A stretch of DNA of 64,000 nt from Gnetum montanum (lineage: Eukaryota > Plantae > Gnetophyta): assembly GCA_015680685.1 (NCBI GenBank), contig MNCI01000668.1:1362536-1426535 (forward strand), in the 5' to 3' direction. The notes under the pieces are model-generated. The model was given only the letters and a program-made list of their open reading frames with translations, had not been told where the DNA came from and searched no databases. Every line of letters begins with the position of its first letter. Position 1 is the stretch's first letter. Of this stretch, positions 23,021-35,455 are shown one piece after another. A program made the position numbers and the translations under genes.

Positions 23021-23268
23021 GACTTTTCTGCAAGAAGATGATGGGATGCCATCAACGTGTAAAATGAACATTCGTACACATCTCATGATAATACTCTCGT
23101 TAAATAATAAAAAACTAGTGGATGTACACGAAGCAATGTTTGAAACACGGAAATAAGTCGGGTTGTACCCAAAAGATGAAGGCGGCACATTTTGAGATGA
23201 AATTAAAGGCACAACCGGACGACTAGCTCATGGTGGCTGGGATTTCAACGCCGCTACTGAGTTAAAAG

Positions 23269-26200
23269 TGATAAAATTTTAGTCAAGGATCTTCCCTAGC
23301 TAAACCAAAGTAATGAGAATTTTTATGTTGTCCAAATATTCAAAGATTTACACCGTAAGTAACCAAAACATAATTTTTATGAATGGACTAAAAATAAGTT
23401 GCAGAGATAAAATACCTTCATTCATAGATAAGAATTTGCAAAAGCAAAATTAAAAGATAATAGTAGGAAGAGAACACTAAAATTGATTTTCACTAAAAAT
23501 GATCTTGTTTAGCTCTATTTGTTGTGGCCATAGCAAAACAAAAAAAAAACTTGGAGATGAAAAAAAAAACAAAAAACAAAGAAAAACTTAGAAATGAAGA
23601 GAAAGTAAACTTAGCTTTTGATGGATCTTCTAGCCTCTACCAATTCAACCTCAATGCTGCATATGATAGAATTTGTAGTTTTCAAAACATATCACGGTGA
23701 GGTTGGGGACCATCCATTCTATTTATAACCACATATGATATTCCTTCCATCAAGGAACCATTTTTTTTAAAAAATGCCTTACTACCTCCACTATGATGGC
23801 AATGGTGGTACCAACCTATAACTATCAACATTGAGAGTGCTAACTTCCAACATTCAAAGAGTTGTTGAGAAGCTACATTGATGGTAAGAGTGGGAACTGT
23901 CATCATGAGCAATTAATCTTACATTCTCCCACTAATTGCCTATGTCCAACAAGAATGGAGATTTTCTATATCATGGCCATAATTGATACACTCATACTCA
24001 AACAAAAAAAATTATCAATACTTGAATCATGATAGTTATATCCATTAAGCTTAAATATTTCCTTTCATGAATTACAAAGCATGACACTTCTTAAGTAAGC
24101 AATTTCCTTATGAATGGATATTTGAAAAACAACTAAGGTCCCATTTTAAATTAATGGCATAGGCTTTATGTGCACCAAAATATATGCCTTTATTATTATC
24201 CAAGAAATTTGTAATGATTTATAATTTGAGTATGAAGCAAGTTATACATGAAATGAACTAACAAGTCCCATATGATTTACATGATCCATGTATTGTTTTG
24301 TCAACAAAGCTTTAGTCATGGGATCAACAATCATTAATTCAAGGCTAATATGCTAAATATCTACTTCATGCTTCTTGACTCTATCCTTAACAACAAGGTA
24401 CCTTATATTGATGTACTTGTTATGACTTCCACTTTTATTGTTCTTAGAAAAGAGGATTGCAGCAAAATTGTCACAATATATCTTTATTGGCCTTGTCATG
24501 GAATCAATAATTCTTAAGCTAGTAATAAAATTTGTCAACCATAATGCATGTGATGTAGCTTCATGGAAGCAATGAATTCTACCTTCATTGTAGATGAAGC
24601 AACTATTGTTTGCTTAGCACTCTTCTAAGATATGGCCCCTCTAGCAAATGGAAACACATATCCAAAAGTTAATTTTCTAGAGTCTACACATCCAGCAAAA
24701 TCTGAATATGAATATCCAACCACTTCAAGATGATTAGTGTGCCTATATGTGAGCTTGTAGTTCTTAGTTCCTTCCAAATACCTCATGACTCCTTTAGCAT
24801 CTTTCCAATGTTTGATGCTTAGATTGCTTTGGTATCTACTAAGCATTCCTATTGCAAAACTTATATGAGGTCTTGTACATACTTGTGCATACATGAGGCT
24901 GCCAACATCAGATTCATAAGGTATGCCTTTCATTTGCTCTTATTCCAATGAGTTTTGTGGGCATTGCTTCAAATTAAGTTTATCTACTTTCATTATTGGA
25001 GCCACTCTAGGTGAGCAATTTTTCATTCTAAATCTCTTAAAAACCTTTTCAATGTAGGCCCTTTAAGATAATTCTAATATCCTTTGATGTCTATCTTTGT
25101 GAATCTTTATCCCAATAACATGGGAGGGTGCACTCATATCTTTCATTTCAAAATTTTGAGAGAGGAATTATTGTCTCATGTAGCAAACCCATGTCACTAC
25201 TTGCAAGTAAGATGTCATCCACATAAAGGACTAAGAAAATGAACTTTCTCCCACTAACTTTAAGGTATATACATTGATCAACAATGTTCTCAATAAAACA
25301 AAATGAGACCATAATTTTATAAAATTGTAAATACCATTGTTGGGAGGCTTGTTTTAGTCCATATAATGACTTCCTTAACTTGCAAACTAAGCGATCATCT
25401 TCATCAAAGCCCTCAGGTTGTTTCACGTATACTTATTCTTCAAGATCCCCATTAAAAAAATGGTGTTTTCACATCCATTTGGTGTAGCTCTAAATCAAAA
25501 TGAGCCACTAAAGCCATAATTATTCTAAATGAATCCTTCGCTAATATTGGAGAGAAGTTTTCATGGTAATCAATGCCCTCCCTTTGAGTAAATCCTTTAA
25601 CTACAAGTCTACCTCTATATCATTCGATGTTACCAAAAGGATTTATTTTTGTTTTATAGACCCATTTACAACCAATTATTGAAACTCCTTCTAGCAATTC
25701 GAAAAGATTCCAAACTTTGCTTTTAGCCATAGAATCTATCTCTTCTTTCATGGCATCATACCAAAATGTAGAATTTTCTTTACTCATGGCTTGTGAAAAT
25801 GACATAGGATCATCTTTAGGTCCCAACATCAAAGTCAGAATCTTGAAGATATACAACATAATCGTTAGGAATTGTTGGTTTCTTTGATCTTGAAGACTTT
25901 CTTAATTCTACTTCTCCCTCAATGTTTTGCACATCTTGGATGGTAGAATTAGTGATAATCTGTTTCTCTTGAAACGGTTGTTCTTGAGTTAATAACTTAT
26001 CCAAGATGTGCTTTGGATTGTCTTGGGAGATGATTGATTCCTCTTTATCTATGTGAGACTTATCACATTCCTTAAGTTCCTCAAATTTTAATTCTTGAAA
26101 AATTTGTTTTTCATTGAATTTAAAATCTTCAAGGAATTTAACATTTCTAGCCTCAATAACTCTAGGTTTGTGAGTGGGACAATAAAATCTAAAACCCTTG

Positions 26201-29200
26201 GAGTTTACTACATAGCCAATAAAGTATCCACTGATAGTTCTTGGATGTAATTTCTTTAAGCTTGAGATATACACCCTTCAATTTGACATCCCCAAATATG
26301 CATGTGTCTTAAACTAGGCTTCCATCCATTCCATAATTCAAAAGGTGTTTTAGGAATAACCTTTGATGGAATCTTATTTAAGATATAAACTGCGATTTTT
26401 AAGGCCTCACTCCATAGGGTTAAGGGAAGATTAGAATTACTAATCATACATCTTACCATGTCCACAAGTGTACGATTCCTTATTTATGCTACACCATTTT
26501 GTTGAGGTGTTCTTGGCATGGTGTATTAGGCAATAATGCCCTCTTCTTGAAGGAACATAGAAAATGGACCTAGTGCTTGTTCATTTTCTATATACTTCCC
26601 ATAGTATTCCCCTCCTCTATCTAATCTTATAATCTTGATTTTCTTTTCCTTTTGTTTATCTACATCTATATTGAATATTTTTTAAGCATTTAATGCCTCT
26701 ACTTTATCAAACAAAAGGTAGAGATACATATACCTTGTATGGTTATCAATGAATGAAATAAAGTATCTCTTACCATTCAAACAAGGAGTGGAAAAAGGTC
26801 CACAAATGTTACTATGTATGATTTCAAGAATCTTCGAACTCCTCTTAACTCCTTTAGTGGTCTTGTTAGTTTACTTTCCCTTAATGCATTCTATATAAGT
26901 ATCAAAATTAGTAAATTCAAGGGTCATTAAGACATCATTATCTACTACTCTTTTAATTCATTTCATGGAGATATGACCCTATCTTTTATGCTAGAGCTTA
27001 GAGGATTCTTCATTTATGATGCACCTTTTATTACCAATGTATGAATATGTAGTTAAAAGATTATATTCAAAAGTGGAATCTAAAATAAGCTTATACAAAC
27101 CATCAACAAGTTTTGCAGAACCAACAATATTTTTATTTTTAAGTATTTTACAACTAGAATGTTCAAAATTGAACATGTATTCAAACTTAACTAATCTAGA
27201 AACTGAAACTAAATTCCTAGAAAATGATGGAATATAGAAAGTATCTAGAAGATCTAAAATATATCTAGATTCTAATACTAGTATAAATGTTCCAACTACC
27301 TCCACTTGAGAACACATTTGATTTTCTAAATAGATGCTTTGTTCATTTCCCTTCGGTTGTCTTAGGTGAAGGAAGCCTTGCATAGTAGTAGAAATGTGAA
27401 TTGCGCAACTAGAATCAATCCACCATGTATTACCAGGAGCATCAACAGAATAAGATTCATGAAATATATAGGAAATAAGGTTATCTTTCTTATTGAACCA
27501 ATTTTTATACTTTTTGAAATTTCTTTCATGTGTCCCTTTTTCTTACAAAAAAAAAGAAGCAAACTTTTCTCCATGTTGTTTCATTGGCACACTTGTTTCA
27601 TTCTTTTCCTTATGAACACTTTTTTCCCTTTTGCTCTTCCTTTTATCATAAGTAGCTAGATCAACACTTTCTAGCTTTTCATGCTTAATTCTTTCCTCCT
27701 GAACACACATAGTTAGAAGTTCATTTACTGACCAACTTTCTTTATGTGTCTTATATGAGATTTTGAACAATCCATACTCATTTGGAAGAGAATTAAGTAT
27801 GAAGTTAACAAGAAATGACTTAGAGAAGTCAATCCTTAAGAATTTCAATTAGGCTACTATATCCCTCATTTCCATAATGTGTTCATGCAAACCTTTAGTT
27901 TTGTCAAGCTGCGTGCTTGAGGGTTTGTTCATGAGGGTGTTGGCTATTGCTTTATCAAACTTTACAAATTGTTCTTCAATGGCTTAGATGAAATCCTTAA
28001 CCTTGTCACATTCAAGGATAGAACCTTTAATGTCCTTGTTTATATGAGCTCTGATGAACATCATGCTTAAGTGGTTGGATGACTCCCACCACTCAAAAGA
28101 AGTCTTTTTCTCTGGTGTACTAGATTCTATGGGTGTTTTAGGCATATCCACATAGAATGCTAGATCAAGGTCCATCCAGCCAAAGGTCCAATCTTGAAAA
28201 TTATCCCCAATTAATATTAGAACATGAGGATCAGACACAAAGGTTGTAGAAGTAACTCCTACTAGAGCAAAAATACATCACACTAGGAATATACTTTTTT
28301 TAACAAAGTAAATATCAACCTTCCTTTGGGTAGAGGTTGCACCCACATGAATTTACATAACATACTTATCAATAAGACTAGCAAATGTCGTATAAATAAT
28401 TCATACATGTGGGCCTAGAAAAATCTATTCTAAATTTACTATCTCATTCCAAATAAATCATAAAAAAATTAATTCCTTGTGGGGATAAGTAATTTAATCA
28501 TAAACTAATTGTAATTTTTAAAGTGATTCCATTTTTTGCATTATCATTATGACTCAAGGTGTTATGGCTACCCTTAGGTCATATTTAAAATTTTTCTTTT
28601 GAACATGGTATAAAAGAAAATTCAAATGGTGTTATACTTTAATATCCATAATTATTGAAACACTTTCACAAAACAATATGTATGAAAAAAATTTCATATC
28701 AATAATCCCTTTTTTTTGAATAATTTTCCAAAATACACTTTTTCCAATATGACATTGCAAAAGGATAAACATCATACTATTTAACCAATGAAATATGCTA
28801 TATGCATAGAGTAAGTGTAAGAAATGTGTAGTAAACAAAACATTTCATGGTAATATCCAAAAAAATTGCAACTAAGCAAGTTTGTTAAAACCTCGCGTCA
28901 ACACCAAATGATAAAAATTTAGTCCAAGATCTTCCCATTAATAGTAGCTAAACCAAAGTAATTGGAATTTCTATAGTGCCCAAATTTCAAAGATCTACTA
29001 GTTAATAGTAGACAACCAAAACATAATTTTTATGAATGGACAAGAAATAAGTTTGTAAAAATAAAATATCTTCATCCATAGATAAGAATTCGTGGATGAA
29101 AAACTAAAAGATAATAGCTAGAAGAGAACATTAAAAATTATCTTGTTTACCTCTAGTTGCTATGGCCATAGCAAAATAGAGAAAAAACTTGAAGATGAAG

Positions 29201-29544
29201 AGAAAGTAAACTTAGCTTTTGATGGATCTTCCAACCTCTACCAATTTAAGCTCAATGCTCCAAATGATGGAATTTGTAATTTTCAAAACATATCACAGTG
29301 AGGATGGGGATTGTTCATTCTATTTATAATCACATATGATATTCCTTCCATCAAGGAACCATTTCTTTTAAAAAATGCCTTACTACCTCCACTACTTTTG
29401 TTACAAATGATGTTAGTGGTGGTACCAACCTGTAATTGCCAACACTGATAGTGGTAACTTCCAACATTTAAAGAATCATTGAGAAATTGCCACTAATGGT
29501 AGGAGTGGGCAAGAAAACTATCATCAGAGGAAATTAATCTTACA
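23269..29544 (-). mobile_element. Full-length decayed Ty1/copia LTR retrotransposon (TAR/Angela-like)
   Basis: LTRs 23269-23923 (3') and 28909-29544 (5') with TG...CA termini. Perfect TSD AAAAG (23264-23268 / 29545-29549). PPT AGTGGGAGAA at 23924-23933. Confidence 0.95.
24255..28260 (-). pseudogene. Copia gag-pol pseudogene (gag, protease, integrase, RT, RNase H)
   Basis: WMDLDLAF..WESSNHLSMMFI (gag); WWIDSSC (protease); LWSEALKIAVYILN (IN); KSLYGLKQ, LYVDDILL (RT); YSDFAGC, IYCDNFAA (RH). Many stops and frameshifts. Confidence 0.93.
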
Positions 29545-30359
29545 AAAAGCAACCATGTTATTTGTCAAAACAACCATGCTTCAAAGTAGTCAGAACAAAC
29601 ATGCTTTGAAGTAGACAAATAGTAGTAGCATTAACTTAGGGTAAAAATTCAACCTTTCTTAAATCATTGTAATAATTTTTCCATGTAGGAGAAGTTTGAA
29701 AAATTTTATACTATAGGAAGGACATTTTTAAAAAAATTTCTTACATGTTAACATGCTATGATAATAAATTTTATTGATGCACACATGCTATGATAATAAG
29801 TTTTATTGATGATTTGGTGGAAGGTTTCATGAAAAATTTTATTGGATGTACTTGAGAAGGTCATTCATTTTACACAACATACCATACTCTCTTAGCCCCT
29901 TTGAGATATTCGCAACTTCCTATTTAGCTAAGCATGGTTGAATTAGATGATCATATGCTAAGATAACTTTACTTATTATTTTTATTGGTGAAGCATTGCT
30001 TGCTTAATGAAAGTATGTGGCTTGTGGTTTGCAAGTTATAAATTTAATTCCAATGAGTAGATATGATGTGACATGTAAATATGCATATCCAAGGTACATG
30101 TTTGATTCAAGGGGTAGGTGTGGTAAGACATGTCACCTAAGCCATTGTATTAAAAAAAAGTTTTGTTTGATTTATTTAATTGGTTATTTCTACCTTTGTT
30201 TCATTTGTACTATATTGCTTTCAAGGATCTTCAATTAGCTTATTTAAATTTTATTTTATGTACTTGCTAGCTTTTTAATTTCTCCTTTTGTATGTGAAAT
30301 ATGAATTTTCAACATCATTAATGTATATGATTTACAAATTGGCCCAGACAACTCTATTA

Positions 30360-31518
30360 AGCAAGATTTTTGGGATTCTATGAATTTGGTGCTTCAAGAA
30401 ATTCTCTAGTAAGAAAGTATATTCATTGGAAGGGATTATAATAATTATGTTTGATTTATGAAATGGGATATGAAACGATTCATGGAGGACATAGATTTCA
30501 AAAGTGTAATGATATGGGAGATTCATTATTGTAATTTGCGAGTACCTATGACCTTGCAATTACAAATACTTATTTTCATAGAAGATTTAATTACTTCTAA
30601 AAGTGGTATAGATAAAACAAAAATTGATTATTTCTTGCTACACAAAAGAGACTGAACCATGTGCAAAGACTATGAGGCCAGACTTGAAGAATACCTTGCA
30701 ACTCAACATCAACTAATGTTCATGGACTTAGTTATATAAAGTTTCAAAGGTAGTATGAGAAAAGGGACTAAATGCATAAAATGGTGGAATTTGAAGGAAG
30801 ATAACATCACTTTGATTAGAGAATAATTGCTTCAAGAAAGCACCTAGAATTGGGATTGTTATGCAAATTTAATTTGGGGTCAAATGGAAAGTTGCATTTA
30901 GAAAATTAGAAAGAACATTTTGGGTGAAAAAAAAGGCAAAAAATACATCCCAAAAGAGACATGGTGATGGAGTGATGAAGTACAACATGTTATCCAAAAC
31001 AAAAAAAATGATTTAAATAATTACAACAAAGTGGTAGCCAAGAAAAAAGCTAATATACAAAATGACAAAAAAAGAGGCAATGGTAGTAGTAGCTAGAGCC
31101 AAACATAAGCACTTGGATAGCTTTAATAAAAAATTTGGAATAAAGAAAGGAGAAAAACCTCTTTATAAATTGCCAAAAATTAAAAACAAGGACTATAAAA
31201 ACATCAATCATGTCAAATGTATAAGGAGATAGATAAAATAATTTTGGTAAAAGATAATAAAAGTTTAGATAGGTGGAAAATTTATTTTTAAAAATTATTA
31301 AATGAAAAATTTTCAATAGAAGAAATTCAAGAAGAGGAACCAAATTTTTGTTTGGTTAATGAATATTCCTTCTCTAAGGTAAAGAAAACCTTGTCAAAGA
31401 TGAAAAATGAAAAATGCTATTAAACTAGATAACATTCTTATAGATGTTTGAAAAATCATTTGGAGATATAAGAGTTTCTTAGCTGACATAATTATTTGAT
31501 AAAATTTTGAAGGATGGG
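30360..31518 (+). mobile_element. RTE-clade LINE fragment (endonuclease end to start of RT)
   Basis: KIDYFLL..CKDY..TQHQLMFMD, IKWWNLK, KETW*WSDEVQ, KVKKTLSKMK, LFDKILKDG. Cut at 31519 by an LTR. Confidence 0.8.
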
Positions 31519-32559
31519 TGATAAGCACCGAGTATACCCTATGCCCAACCATACAAATCACAAGTGTGGACTAGCGATCCGGTTGAATTCCATAGACTTA
31601 TTTCCTAAGTTCACCCATAGTTATAGATTGTGAATTAATGAAGTGTGTGATCGTTATCTTCCTAAATTACACTTGTGTTTCTAGTACGTATAGTTAATTT
31701 GAGTTAAGGCTTATGATATCTATTTCTGTAAGTGTTTTATATATTTTATTTTCCTAAGGGCTAGGTGGATAAATAAATATTTTATATTTAACTTTTTAAC
31801 TACTTAGCTATTCTAATGACTAAGTATCCTCACACCATTTCCATTTACTGTACACATCTCGAACTCATATTACGCTACTGGATTATCAAATGATTATTAT
31901 TGAGCATTACCAAATGGCTGCTACTGGGATTACCAAGTGTAACATGTCATGCTCAAAGTAGTTATACTTATGTATTCACAATTAGGTGCATGAATTAATT
32001 AGGACTTATGAAAGTAAATTGCATTAAAAGTGGAGTGCAATTAAGAAAGAGTAAACTAATCCAAGTGTTTTAGTGAATGTCAAAAATCTTATCTTTATTG
32101 CTGGTTATGCTAATGTGTTCAAGTACATGATGTTCGAATAAAGATCTGTACAATCTCTTGAATTCAAATTATGAGCACTCAGAGGAAAATATTCTAACTC
32201 TAGAGAAATCAAACTATAAGAGCTTTACTATGCTATGGACCTAAGGTGCCATAAATGTGGTTTGTGCATGCATTTATATAGGCTTTACTTGTGTTATCGT
32301 CGATGCATTTGCATCGATGCACAAGGATGTGTTGACGAGGATGAGTTGATGCAACCTATTTATATGATGCTTCATCATACCTCCACAACTAACTAAAAAT
32401 GTGTCCTTGAGTGAACAAAAGTAGGATTGAGCTTCTTACAAACTTTGGGAAGTATGGAATTTATTAACTTAGAAACAAATAGATAGATTGATTGACTGAC
32501 TCTGAGTGCCAAATTGTATAGAATTATAAAATTGGTATCCATGACAACAAAAGTGGACA

Positions 32560-35455
32560 CGTTTTACAAAATTCTAGCAAATAGCCTTGAGTTGCTGAAG
32601 GCAAGGTGATTTCTCAAATAGTGCCTAGATGTGAAGGCTCCTATGACACTGAAGGTCCTTTGCTAGGTTCCAACAATTGTGGTGGTGAAGGTGGCTTAGG
32701 CTGACCTACTACTCTTAGAGGAAGTTTAAAAGCATCTAGTAGCATTGTCATCTTTTCCTCTTTTCCACGTGGGTTTTAAGTAGTCCATGTAGCTTCACTG
32801 ATGTAGGTTGGTGTAGATATATTCCATGAGCATGACATTGCAGGAAACAATTCCTTTACATTGACAAACCATGCTACGAATTTTTTATGTTCAATGTTAA
32901 ATGTCTTTATGAGGTTTTATAGTCTATGATAGTTGTTCATTTTTCTAACTAGATTCATAGGAACAAATCCTTGGTTAGTGAGTTTGCTCCTAAGAACTTC
33001 AAGCTCTATGTTGGCTATCTCCAATTATTGCTTGGTCTCATTGTGATGCTTGAATTCTACCTCATATAAGAGGTAGGAACTAGCCTCCTACTTCTTTATT
33101 CAGTCCTTAGCCTCCATGCTATTAGCATATCCAAGTTTTCATAATAGAGGTTGGCAAGCTCCATGTACTCTATCATCTCATCGATTTGCAACTCCTTTAC
33201 ATAAATTTCTACCTTATTATACATATTTAAGCTATTAAAGATTGGCTACCACATGTTGCCTCTTTATTGGAGTTGTTGAAGGGCCTTGTTCATCTTCATC
33301 TTAGCCAATTATATCTCTTTTTCATTTATCTCCTTGAGGAGCCCAACTTGGTCCTTGTAGTGATTCTTGATTCATTCAAATTTTAGGGCCTCATTTTTCT
33401 AGTTAGCTACCTCAATGGTCATTTTTTAACAAAGTGCTTAGAGTTCATCCATTAAGATATTCTTATTCTATATTACCAACCTCCTTAGATCAAGATTCAC
33501 CTTAGCTAGTTACTCCTGTTGTTGTTGGATAAATTTGATCATCTGATTCTTTTGTTGTTCGACATTTCATAGGTGATGAAGATCCTTGATGAGAACCAAG
33601 TTTTCCTTATGGACTTGTGACAAGTTCTTCTTAGTGTTGAAGGCCATGACCTTTGACAAGGATACATCAAAGATTGTTACATCCTTTGCATTCTCAGTCT
33701 TCCTTATTATGTGTTGAAGCTATTGGAGAGCCTCATCTATTGTGATTTCTAGGTTGAGAATGGTAAGGTCGAAGAGACAGGCCTACAACTCCATAACTTT
33801 GGTAGCCAACCATTGGTTCTCTATGGTGGCTATATTTAATTAGGTGTTGATGATGAAGAGCTTGTCCTTTGTCTCTAGTAGCTCTGACTAGGTTGTAATA
33901 ATCTCATCTAGGAGATCAAAGATCTCTAGAAGCAATTGCTTGGATCCCACTAGTCATTCCAACACTTCTTCATGTTGGGTAGCACTCAATCTACCACTTC
34001 TTGTTCTTGCAGATGTTTGAATATTTTCCATTGTGGTAATGTTTTGTGTGGATGTTGTAAGAGTTTTTAGGGCCTTTGCTACCCTATCAGCTACCACCTT
34101 TGTTGTTGTCACCTATCCTTGGTGTTGCATCATTAGAATAGTCACCCCTCACCTTTGTCTAAGTAGACTAAGAAAGTTGTGACATTCCTAGAAATTCCAA
34201 TGAATATCAATCTAGGGATTGGCACAACAACTTCTCGGGTGCTAGTATTTTTTCTCATGGGCACTTGATTTCTTTTTGTTAAGAACAGTGGGATAGTTTC
34301 CTCAACCAACTAATGATCTTTGTGACTTTATTAAGATGGATTAAGGTTGGATGGTAAAACAATGATTCCAACCACTTATTGAGCCTTGTTGCTACTGTAG
34401 TTGCTACTCATGGAGCTTTTAGAACCTTTCTATAGCTATCAACACCTCTGGTGTGGTTTCTCCTATAGGTAGTGGTGGTGGTGGCCTCTCCTCTTCTTGC
34501 AGCTTCATTACTACCTTATCCTTCATCATCTCATACTAATATGTGGTAGTAGCATGATGAACCATATAATTGGCATAATGCACTATGAATCCCCTTTTGC
34601 AAAATTTTCTAATTAAATATGGAAAGGGGAGTGTCTTCTTTCATTTTTTGTTCTCCTTAATTCACTTCTCTATCTTTAGATAAATAAGTTGTGGAAGATT
34701 GATAGATAATTTTCTACTTAGAGTGGCATACACAAGGGCAAAGAAGGCTATGATCTTACTTGGCCTCACCCTAGGATTTAGGTGATAGGCTATGATTTTG
34801 AAATAGATACATTTTGCTTTCATGAGCACACCATACTTCTTACAATGCACTCCATAGCAATGTTGCATTCACTGTTTCTTGACTTTTAGATCTACTTTTT
34901 TCAAGATTTTTGCCAATGTTTCCATGGTTTCTTGCAAACCAAGGGCCTCCACAATAGCTTCAACTAAGTAGGAGACTATGATATCTTTGATTTTAATGAA
35001 CACATCTCCTTGTTGATTATTCCAAAACAGGTAGGTCTCCCCTATGTATCATTTTTCACTAGAGGAGAGCATGGACCATATGGGAGACCCCTATAATTAG
35101 GTGTATACTTTCTCAAGTGCCAACTCCAGGAAGGATCCAAAGTTTAATTATTGAAGAGCCAAACTCTAAACCTCCTTGGTTCTAATTCTTTCTAGGCAAG
35201 GCTTTGTTAGTGTGACTTCAAGGTTAGGCCTTAGCCTCACAACTTTATCTTGCCTAGATTGGCTAGTCTCTATGGTGAGAATCTGTTGGATAAATTCCAC
35301 CTCAGGATCCACCCAGAGAGGTCTTATTGCACATGTTCCTTTAGCCACTTATTCTTGGGATTGTTATAGTTATTATTGCTAGCTCCTTCCTCCTTGTGGT
35401 TACTTCTCCCTAAGCTAGGAAGGTCATCTTGTTGGTGCTTCACTCTTTGGTACCA
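32560..35455 (-). pseudogene. Athila extra (env-like) ORF remnant
   Basis: Starts MVPKSEAP. Contains VFIKIKDIIVSYLVEAIVEALGL (plant-transposon-protein-like) and long coiled-coil-like E/K/L-rich stretches. Lies between IN and the 3' LTR. Confidence 0.55.
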
